Source: Thraustochytrium aureum (lineage: Eukaryota). Taken from it: a stretch of 60,676 nt of DNA. The first letter of the stretch is position 1. Each line of letters begins with the position of its first letter. The position numbers and the translations under genes were made by a program. A model generated the notes under the pieces. That model was given only the letters and a program-made list of their open reading frames with translations. It was not told the origin of the DNA and ran no database searches. The stretch is taken from positions 208,808-269,483 of the forward strand of contig BLSG01000329.1 of NCBI GenBank assembly GCA_012862495.1, in the 5' to 3' direction. Of the stretch, positions 1-8,625 are shown piece by piece.

Positions 1-2041
1 CAGAGGGCGTGGGCGGCGCAGTGCGCGCAGTGGTGACGGAGCGGGATGGGGAGATCTCGTGCTCGGTGGAAGAGACCAACAGGGTCCGCGCCCTGCTCGG
101 GCTCAAGCCACTGCGAGTCGGCCTGGCGCGCGAGGCACGGCCGCCGGTGAGGGCCACCGTGCACGAGTCGAACGGGGAGATCAGCTGCACGGTCGAGGAG
201 ACGAACCGCATTCGCGCCGAGCTCGGACTCAAGCCGCTTCGCGTGGCGAGCCCGGAGGGCCGCCACGCGCGAGTCAAAGTGCGGCCAACGCGGAGGCCGC
301 TGCGCAGCTGGAGGCGAGCGCCATCGGAGAACGGATCGCTACTTCACGCCGGCAGCGCGCTTTGAAGGCGCGTCTGGATGGCAGGACGCTCGGTGACGAT
401 ACAGAGCGCGACGGGGAGAGCGCGCTCGACTGGGTTGCGCGCACAGGCGATCTTCTCCGCCAAACTGCAGAAACGGCCGGCATGGGCGCGGTTTCACCAG
501 CGAAGGAGGGCGACGCACGAGCAGACAACGCTGCCGCCTATTCGAGTGGCGACCTGCGCGGGATGCGCGTCGCGCATGACGTGGCTGCCTTGGCCGCGCC
601 GGGCGATGGCGTTGTGCTGACCCTTCGAGACTCGCAAATCATCGACCAGACGACCGGGGAGCTCGCCGAGGAGGCGGATGAGCTCGAGAACGCCCGCTTA
701 GTGGAAAAGGAGGCACAGGCCAAGCTTCTGAGGAGCAAGAGACGCGGCCAGGCTGGCCAGTTTGACGATGACACAGTTTCGAGCGCTGGTGGGCTGGGAA
801 TACTTGCCAAGTACGACAAAGTCCTCGAGGAAGAGGGCCTGGTGCAAAAGCCCAAAACGGCACCCAAAGCAATTCTGGGCGCTGGTGGGCACTTCGAGGT
901 TGCATGCGCGTCCTCGGAGAACCAGAACGCCGGTAGCAGTATCCATGGCACTGGTACCGTCGCGGGGGGTGGTGGACGTGGCGAGCGCACGGTAGACAGC
1001 GAGGGTCCGCGCAAATTCGTGGAGATGAATCTCGGTTCATCGATCGAGGCGCGGCTGGCGGAGCAGAAGGAAATGCAGGGCGCAGACACGGCCATGTTCA
1101 ACCGGCTGACCGACTACTACACAACAGAAGAGCTAGAGTGCCTTGACGTTGGCAAGCAAGCTGGCAAGGACGACAAGAAGCGCAAAAAACACAGAAAGCA
1201 CAAAAAGCGAGAGCGGGGCAAGCGCGCTGCAGAGACCGGCGGCGACGAGGACCCCGGCAACGTCAGCGCTGACGAATCGGCGCCGTTGCTCCTCGCGCGC
1301 AAGCACAAGCGAAAGCGCCAGCGTGCGCGCTATGTCGACGATCCCGGGGCGACTCGCCCTGCCGAAATAGAGGCTGAGGACGACGCAGACTTGAGCGCAG
1401 CGCTCGAACGAGCAAGGCGAGCTGCGCTGCAGCGGCGGGACGCTGCCCAGGAGGCCGTAGCCGCTGCTGTCACAGCCGCGAACGTGGAAGACGCTCGCAG
1501 GGACGGTAGCGAGGACGGGGGGCTTGTTATCTCGGAGGCATCCGGGTTCGCGTCAACGCTCCAGATGCACCTTACCTCGCCCCCTGAGGACCGCAGCGCA
1601 GCGGGCGCCTCCGTTGCAACTCCGGGCCCTACAACATCTAGCTCGTCATCGTCGGGCGCGTGGAGGCCCCCGGAGGCCGCCTCGAAGAGCGACCGTGTTG
1701 TGCCGTCGCTCGCCGAGCAAGACGAAGAGAGCGTCGCAGGGGTGGGGCTCGCCGCGACGCTCAAGATGTTGGGGAACCGCGGGGAGCTGCGCTCGAGCGA
1801 CCGCGCGCAGCTCGCGGACGCGGTCATTGTAGGGCGCGCCAAGGACGCCAAGCCAGTCGCAGACCGTGGCGAGGGCGGCTTCGTGCTGGAGTACCGCGAC
1901 GATGCCGGGCGCCTGCTCAGCACCAAGGAGGCCTTCCGCCAGCTCACATACAAGTTTCACGGCCACCAGCCGAGCCTGAACCGGCAGGAGAAACGCCTGC
2001 GCGAATTGGACCGCGCCCGGCGCCGTCAGGAGGGCTCATGA
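1..2041 (+). CDS. SART1: U4/U6.U5 tri-snRNP-associated protein 1 (SART1/Snu66), 5'-partial; one frameshift near 250
   Basis: Two HIND motifs (ISCSVEETNRVRALLGLKPL; ISCTVEETNRIRAELGLKPL) in frame 9..365. Frame 59..2041 carries SART-1 motifs GMRVAHD, VLTLRDSQI, DELEN and LEYRDDAGRLLSTKEAFRQLTYKFHG. Adding one C to the C-run at 250-253 joins the frames. Confidence 0.93.
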   Translation, partial: RGRGRRSARSGDGAGWGDLVLGGRDQQGPRPARAQATASRPGARGTAAGEGHRARVERGDQLHGRGDEPHSRRARTQAASRGEPGGPPRASQSAANAEAAAQLEASAIGERIATSRRQRALKARLDGRTLGDDTERDGESALDWVARTGDLLRQTAETAGMGAVSPAKEGDARADNAAAYSSGDLRGMRVAHDVAALAAPGDGVVLTLRDSQIIDQTTGELAEEADELENARLVEKEAQAKLLRSKRRGQAGQFDDDTVSSAGGLGILAKYDKVLEEEGLVQKPKTAPKAILGAGGHFEVACASSENQNAGSSIHGTGTVAGGGGRGERTVDSEGPRKFVEMNLGSSIEARLAEQKEMQGADTAMFNRLTDYYTTEELECLDVGKQAGKDDKKRKKHRKHKKRERGKRAAETGGDEDPGNVSADESAPLLLARKHKRKRQRARYVDDPGATRPAEIEAEDDADLSAALERARRAALQRRDAAQEAVAAAVTAANVEDARRDGSEDGGLVISEASGFASTLQMHLTSPPEDRSAAGASVATPGPTTSSSSSSGAWRPPEAASKSDRVVPSLAEQDEESVAGVGLAATLKMLGNRGELRSSDRAQLADAVIVGRAKDAKPVADRGEGGFVLEYRDDAGRLLSTKEAFRQLTYKFHGHQPSLNRQEKRLRELDRARRRQEGS

Positions 2042-3755
2042 GCCAGCGCCCAGCGCGGCAGCCGCCCAGCCTGCGACCAACCTGCAACTGCCTGCTTCCA
2101 CTCCGGGACGCAGTTGGTAAATACGTGCGAAATCGATTTTCATCAATGATTGTCGGAACGGACCCAGTTCCAAGTCTCAGGTGTGTGCCTACGGCGTATG
2201 TGCGTGGCAGGCGCTCTCGAGTACGCTCTGTCACCAAGGATCCTCCTCGCTGTAACTGCATTTCACGACGCGATTGTGGGCGGGCGAGATTCCACCTGCA
2301 GTGCGTAGGACAAGCGAGCGAGGATACCTACTAGTACTAGCAAGCATGAAAGCACTTTAGCATGGGATTGGGACTCCCAGACCCGTCAGGAAGGCCCCGA
2401 GGCGTTGCTGCCTCCTTGCTGCGGATAGGACTGGACCGTCGAGTCCAAAGAGCAAAGAGCCAAAGAGGACGCTTCTGCCAACGCATGCACGCGCCATCTC
2501 CGGTCCGGAAACCGCCGTCGCCGTGCTCAGTGCTCCACCGACTCGCGTGCTCAGAACAAGATCCTCGGAGATAAATGCAAAACTTGTAGGTAGGGTAAGG
2601 CTAACCTAAGGGTACCGGTAAGCTCTGTAGCGAGAGAGAGCTTTTCTTGTTGTCTTCTTGTCGCGGTTGTCAAGAAAACGGAAAACTACCTTACAATTGG
2701 TTGACCAAGAAACGGGGATCCCGCCAAGAGAATGCCATGCGGCCCGAATCCGGCGGTCGTCATGGCATCGACGGAATTTTTGAAACCTCAGGCTGGCAGG
2801 ACTCGGAAGCCCTTTCTTCTCCCTCTCATTCGTTGCCGCCTCCGTTTTGTTTCTCGTCACGGTTCTCTCCTTTCCGAGCCCCCTCCCCCCCATGTACGAC
2901 CTTTCTCGCAGGAAAGGCACGCCGATGCAATCTTGCTTACTAGGTACTCACGCACGCGAGTTGTACCGGGTTGGCCAATCCGATCGTTGGCGCGCGGGCC
3001 AAATCCCCGCCCCCCTCCCTTGCCCAAGCCACCTACTTCCATGCGTAGTAGGCCTATGCAAGCTAAGTAAACGCTCGCTCTGCTGTCCAGCCTCCGGTGT
3101 GCTTGCTGCTGGACCTACGTGTCCCAAGCCCTGCCGAAACAGGAAGCCCCGGGCCACCAAAGAGGTTTGGTTTTGTTCCGCCTCGCTCTCGATTGGTTTG
3201 GAACTCGTGTTGCGCGAGCAACCGACGCTCGCGACGAGAGCCGACAAGTGATCCATGCGCCGCCGGCTTCGCACTCTGGAGCGTCCACACGATGACACAA
3301 CTGGAACCTGTTTGTTTGACCTCTCTGCAGTGCAGGCATACAGGTCGTGAACCGGGCCAATTCTCGGCTCTATGAATGGCAGCGACGAATGTGGACCCGC
3401 CGCGGCACGCGTGCCTCGCCAGCTGGCAGATCCGCAGTCCTGGGACCCCTTGGCAGCGCAACCGCGTCCTGTAGTCGCCCGCCTCCAGCTGACGCTGCAA
3501 CACACTCACAGGCTTCGCCTTGAACGACCGAAAGCGCTGTTTGAGCTTATTGCGCCGCTTCTAAAGTCGCTAGTCACATCTATGGAGAGGTCGAGTCAAA
3601 CCGCGGTGGCCCTGGAGCCATCAGGGAATCCAAGCTAGGCAAATCCAAATCCCCAACGCACCAAGGCAGCGCGCTCCACGCAAGGCGGCCGCACAACGAA
3701 ACGAACGCTACCAGCCAACAACTCGGCCAAAGCACCGCCAAGCTCCAACGCCAAG

Positions 3756-6038
3756 ATGCACAAGGCGGTCGCGACAGTCGGCTTGGGGCTCGTCCTGATT
3801 GGTCTCGTGTTCACGGGAGTGATCTCGGTGATTCAAGAATGGGTCAACGCGACCGTCCCCCCGATCGAGGCCTGCAACGAGAGCCCCGTCGGCAAGCTCG
3901 GGCTCTACAAGTCGACGTTTGACCCCAAGTGCGTGCTCGAGGACCCTGACGCGCCTGCATCACTCAAGCTGGGCTACGAGCGATTCACCACGTCAGAAAT
4001 GAGCACGACCGAGTTTTGGCCACTCTTCCCGTCGCAGACTGGCTTTGGTGGTGCATTTGGCGAGATCGAGTTCGAATCCTGCGAGTCGTTCTACGGAGAA
4101 GACAGCGAGAGCATGAAAGCGCTCAAAGACGGTGTCAGGGCCGTCGTGGACGACGGCTTTCGTCGCTCAGACGCCGGGTTGAACACCGCCTACACCGGCC
4201 TCGCGGCACAGATCGCCCTTGCATTCACCAAGGTCGACGAGGCAGTCGCCGGCCTATGGGTTGAGCAGCTCGGCTCCAACCTGATTCGCATCTACTCCAC
4301 CCTTGAGGCAACGCTGACCGCAGAAAAGGGCGGCGCTATTGGGGGCTTTCAAGGTATCGAGACCCTCATCAACGCCATCCTCCAAGGCGGCGCCGCCGGT
4401 CTCTTCGCCCCGGACACGACCTCTCTCGTTTACACAAACGTCCGCGCTTCGGGCCTCACCGACACTGTCAACGAAGGGGGCTCGGATCCCAAAGTCGGCC
4501 TCAAGCGCATGTGCCCTGGCTGTTCTTCGCCTTTCGACTTGATTGCCCTTGCAGTGCCCAAGGTGCTCACAGCTGTACCCGACTCTCTGGTCCAGCTTTT
4601 CAGCCTCCTCGACACCGGAATCGCCGCCTCGACCGCGGTCGGCAACTCGTGCCCGGACTACGACGCCCCGTCTCCCGAGTGCCAAGAGTTCGTGCTTGAC
4701 CGCTGCGGCGCACAGGTCACGCCGGCCGAGTGTGAGAGCGAGCTCGCCGCAGGGTTCACCCGTCTCAAGTCGTTCGCTGGAGCTATCCTCAGCTTTGACC
4801 TGTGCCAGGGCGACGCGAAAATGGACGACTGCCTCTTTGGCGGCGTGGTGAAGAGAAACAACTCTGACTTGGCGACGGTTTTGGACGTCAACTTCATCGC
4901 CAGCGAGTTCAACACCTTCCTTGGGATCGTGCTCGCTGGCACCGACCCCGCGGACGAGACCTTCGCTTTGCTGACCACCGCAAAGTTCCTTCTCGACACC
5001 TGCGCCGCCGCCTCGATGGAAACAGGCCAAGCGTGCTCTCAACTCTTCACAGGTCTGCCGCAAAACTTCACTGCTCCGTGGGACCTGTGCACTTTTGCGG
5101 CAGCCAGCGAAACCATCAACAAGGACGGCCTCCTCGTTCCTGGCTGCTCAGCGATCGACACAATCAACGTCCTGGGCCAAAGCCCTGCCCTTCTCAAGTC
5201 GATCCCCGAGGAGCTCCTCGAATCGGTTCCGGCGCTTCTCAACGCGATCCAAGGCTGTGCCAGTGCCAACCTGAGCCTCGAAGAGTGCGAAAGCCTGCTG
5301 GACGGGACCTTCTACAGCGGCTCGCTCGATATGGCGCAAAACCGCGTCCCCGAGGACTTTGATGACTTGTTCGCGCTCTGCCTCGGTGTGAAGATCAAGG
5401 CTCCTGGAGCGGCTTGCGACACCTTCACTGACTTCATCACACTTGCGTCTCAGAGCCCCGAGCAAGCCGCTCTGCGCCAGTTTTACGACGGCGTGGTCAA
5501 GCCGTGCACCGACGCCGGGATCACCAGCAGAGCAGAGTGCCGCGACCACATCGTCGAAATCAACACGAAGAGCGCCCTGACCAACTTTATTGATGGCAAG
5601 AACGCACAGGAGCGCATTGCAGAGTGCAAGGATGACGAGGAGGACCGTCGGCGCATTGCCCTCGCGCAGGTCCTCGTCCCGGTCTCGATCGCGGCATCTG
5701 GCCTGTCGCTCATCGTTGGGCTCATCAGCGTGCTGAAGAGCTCTGTCAAAGGTGTGCTCGCATCGTCAGCGTTTGCGCTGCTTGCCTGTGCCTGCGTCCT
5801 TTCGGGTCTGCTTCTCGTTAAGACTGCTCCAGTGTACAAGCGAGTTGGCAAAGAGTGCGAAGAGTACGAGCCTTGCTACGAGGCGGGGATCGCCTCGACG
5901 CTGGCGTACGTCTGCATTGTTGGCCCGCTCGTTGGCGGACTCTGCCTGGGCTTTTCAACGCTCTGCAGACGAGCTGGGGCGCGCGTCAACCAGAAGAGCG
6001 CGGATCTCTCCACGCCGCAGCTGGAGCAAATGTTCTGA
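3756..6038 (+). CDS. 760-aa four-TM membrane protein, claudin/PMP22-like, with very large Cys-rich first extracellular loop
   Basis: Intact ATG-to-TGA ORF with strong GC3 codon bias. One N-terminal TM and three C-terminal TMs. W...GLY...C follows TM1 and YEAGIASTLAYV...LVGGLCL forms the TM4 region. The CDS is secure; the family call is inference. Confidence 0.8.
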   Translation: MHKAVATVGLGLVLIGLVFTGVISVIQEWVNATVPPIEACNESPVGKLGLYKSTFDPKCVLEDPDAPASLKLGYERFTTSEMSTTEFWPLFPSQTGFGGAFGEIEFESCESFYGEDSESMKALKDGVRAVVDDGFRRSDAGLNTAYTGLAAQIALAFTKVDEAVAGLWVEQLGSNLIRIYSTLEATLTAEKGGAIGGFQGIETLINAILQGGAAGLFAPDTTSLVYTNVRASGLTDTVNEGGSDPKVGLKRMCPGCSSPFDLIALAVPKVLTAVPDSLVQLFSLLDTGIAASTAVGNSCPDYDAPSPECQEFVLDRCGAQVTPAECESELAAGFTRLKSFAGAILSFDLCQGDAKMDDCLFGGVVKRNNSDLATVLDVNFIASEFNTFLGIVLAGTDPADETFALLTTAKFLLDTCAAASMETGQACSQLFTGLPQNFTAPWDLCTFAAASETINKDGLLVPGCSAIDTINVLGQSPALLKSIPEELLESVPALLNAIQGCASANLSLEECESLLDGTFYSGSLDMAQNRVPEDFDDLFALCLGVKIKAPGAACDTFTDFITLASQSPEQAALRQFYDGVVKPCTDAGITSRAECRDHIVEINTKSALTNFIDGKNAQERIAECKDDEEDRRRIALAQVLVPVSIAASGLSLIVGLISVLKSSVKGVLASSAFALLACACVLSGLLLVKTAPVYKRVGKECEEYEPCYEAGIASTLAYVCIVGPLVGGLCLGFSTLCRRAGARVNQKSADLSTPQLEQMF

Positions 6039-6665
6039 CTCTGCGGGTCTCTAATTGTGAGCAGACCGAGCACCAAGTTCGATTTCTCGTGTCGGCCTAC
6101 AAGGTACGCGCCCAAACTTGGCTGGCGGAGGTAGCTCGAAGCGGAACGTCAGTTCCACTCCAGAAACTGGCCACGGCGGGCAGGACTAGCCTCGAAGAGG
6201 GCGCCAGTCAGGGGATCGACTGACCTCGCTGCGCGCTCCGTGTCTCGCGCTTGATTGAGACATCTATCTATCGAATTCATTGTTGTGTTTTGTTTTGTTT
6301 TGTTTGTTTCTAAGGTGCGGTTGCATCGAGCCAGCTTGCCACTTGCCGGTTGTTCTGCCCGCGTAGAACTCGGCGCTCGGGGCGTCGAGACAATGACTGA
6401 GACCCAACCCTGCGTTGCGGGCGTCTGTTGCAGTTGCATCTGGTTGGCAGAGTCCTGTGAGGCAAGAAAGCGACGAAGGGGCATCTCTCTACGCAACAGC
6501 CGCCGCACGCTGAAGAAGCCCCACCAGAGCCCGAATCGCAAGCGTGAAACTAAAGCTGAACTTGGTTTTGGCGTGCCAAACACTTCCAAAGCCAACGGGC
6601 TGGACCTCAAGCCAACTCTGCGAGCGGGAGAAGGCCAATGGGTCCCATTCCGTTCACCGGGAGCG

Positions 6666-8119
6666 CTACCCCGAGCCAGGGTCGGCGTCAACGCGTGCGC
6701 CATCGCTTCGGCGGACAGACTCTTTGCCTGCACGCGATGCGAAAGCTCGGGCACGCGTGGCTACATTTTGCCGAATGTTGTTGAAGAACAGGTTGTAGTC
6801 GTACGGATGCAAGTTGAGGCCCGGGAAGGATGCAAACAGCCAGGCAGGCCACAGCGCCCAACCTTGCCCAAACCGGGACGGAGGCGTCACGAAAAGATGC
6901 CCGTCCACGCACTGCGCATCGCTCACATTTGCCGTTAGCGCAGGCAACTGGACACGGTCTGCCGATCGTGTCACGCCGCGGAGATAGTTCCACATCGTCC
7001 ATGGGTGCATGAGGTCCAAGCCGCCCAAGTTGAGCTCCCGGCCGGCATACTCGCTGTCCGCTGCCCACGTTAGAGGGTTGACACAAACGGGGCGGTCGCT
7101 TGGATCGGCCGGAGGCACGTGAAGGAAGGCGGCCGGGTCGCCGCCAACGCCAAATGTTCGCCACGAAATAAGGCAGCCAGTGTCGTGCTCTTTCTTGCAG
7201 ACAGGGATGCCCTTGCCCCCATCCCCATCCTTGGCCGTGTACCTGCTTTCAAAGAGGGTCCACCCAGGGAGGTAAGCCGCCACGAGACTCTCGCGGAGAG
7301 GCCCCTCCGAGAAGAACTCTTGCACCAGCATCTCCCCAAGCACGCTTCCTTGCGAGTGCCCGGCGACAATGATGCCCCGCTGGCCGTCCCAATGCTCGCG
7401 GAGAAAGAACGTGAAGGCGGCTCGAACGTCTTCGTACGCCGTCGCCAGAGCTTTGGCCGCGTCGGGGTGGGAGAAACCGCCCTCCTGGAGGAAGGCGCCG
7501 GCGGACATTTGCCTGTAACGTGGGGCGAAAACACGGCCCACAACGTTGAACGCGTTCGCCTGCTGCGGCCCGATTGCGTCGTCGCTCAAGTAGGCTGTGA
7601 CAGAATGAATAGCCGGGGCGTTCCAGGACGCCCCGGTGTACCACGTCGTAGGGTGAAGGTAAAAAACTCTGCAGCGCCACAGACCCCGGCTTGCTCGCAT
7701 GTGACGCAGCCCTCCGGCACGGCCTCGGACGTGTCGCCTCTGTTCGGCATCATGCTCCAATGCTTTTGCAGTCCGTAGTCGGTGGGCGGGCCAACTTCAT
7801 AGTCCTCGAACTTGCCTGCAGGCGTGAAAAGCCAGCGGCCGGCTGCGTCCACGAGCGCGGTCTCCGCCCACGGTGCGAGGTCGCCGAGGATGAGGAGCTT
7901 GAGCTGCAAAACGGGGCTCAGCACTGGTGTCGCGAAGGCCACCAAAACCACAAAGAAAACCGCCACCTGGTCGCCTTCGTGCTCCACGTTGTGTTCCCGC
8001 GTGTACGCGCGAACGGCGTACTCCACCGCCTTGGCGCACGCAACGAGGAGGACGGCTTTCCGAACGAGACTGGGCGCGCTCCACCTCGAGCCGGCCCTGC
8101 CGGACGCATCCTTGGCCAT
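6666..8119 (-). CDS. DUF3089-family alpha/beta hydrolase (putative esterase) with hydrophobic N-terminus; frameshift near 7665
   Basis: Motifs PPTDY...W, VFYLHPTT, FAPRYRQ, IIVAGHSQGS (nucleophile elbow), VAAYLPG, GCLISWRTF, CVNPLTW, LHPYDYNLFFNNIRQN. The N-terminal part lies in frame 7586..8461. An alternative in-frame ATG sits at 8365. Confidence 0.82.
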
Positions 8120-8380
8120 GTTTCGCCGAGCGACCAAGCCTGTCGAGCCGCCGGCCGGTCGCGCAGCGAACGCGAGACTGGCCGCGACGCCCAATTGCAA
8201 CGCGCCAACTCGCCGCCAAGCCCAACGCCGCCATGTCCCGATCCCCCCTGCGCACACCTCCGCGCCTTTGGGCGCTCGTTCCTCTCCTTCTCGGCTGGGG
8301 GGTGTGCGGTGGTTCCTCTGTGTAGCGCCGCTGGCGGCAGCCACCGCAATGCGTTCCACGGCCATCTTTGCTTCCTTCGT

Positions 8381-8525
8381 CTGCGCAGAGCGACCAGTCC
8401 TTCGGCCGCGCAGAGCGACAAGCCGCCAATCAGCTGTCCGCGCAGAGCGACAAGCCGCCAATCAGCTGTCTGCGCAGAGCGACACGGCGCCAGTCGCCTG
8501 TCCGCGCAGAGCGACAAGGCGCCAG
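8381..8525. repeat. Imperfect tandem repeat (~32-bp unit, core GCGCAGAGCGAC, five cores) between divergent genes
   Basis: cgcagagcgacaagccgccaatcagctgtc occurs twice exactly, with three further degenerate copies. Confidence 0.85.
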
Positions 8526-8625
8526 ACCGTCATCAGCAGCGCCAAGCGGCCTCCTTTGAAGGTCGCGCCTGCGTCTCGCTGGTCTCGCTGCGGAGTCCGT
8601 CGTTGATCGAGGCAGCAGAGCGAAG

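Noticed and set aside
2050..3700. Short overlapping ORFs and a telomere-like patch (tagggtaagg...taaccta near 2590)
   Set aside because: No recognisable motifs or coding bias, and the patch is not a tandem array. Treated as intergenic.
8381..8525. CRISPR-like appearance of the short repeats (also 35790, 44557, 55238, 56003, 59584)
   Set aside because: These are head-to-tail minisatellites without unique spacers, in a eukaryotic context with no cas genes.
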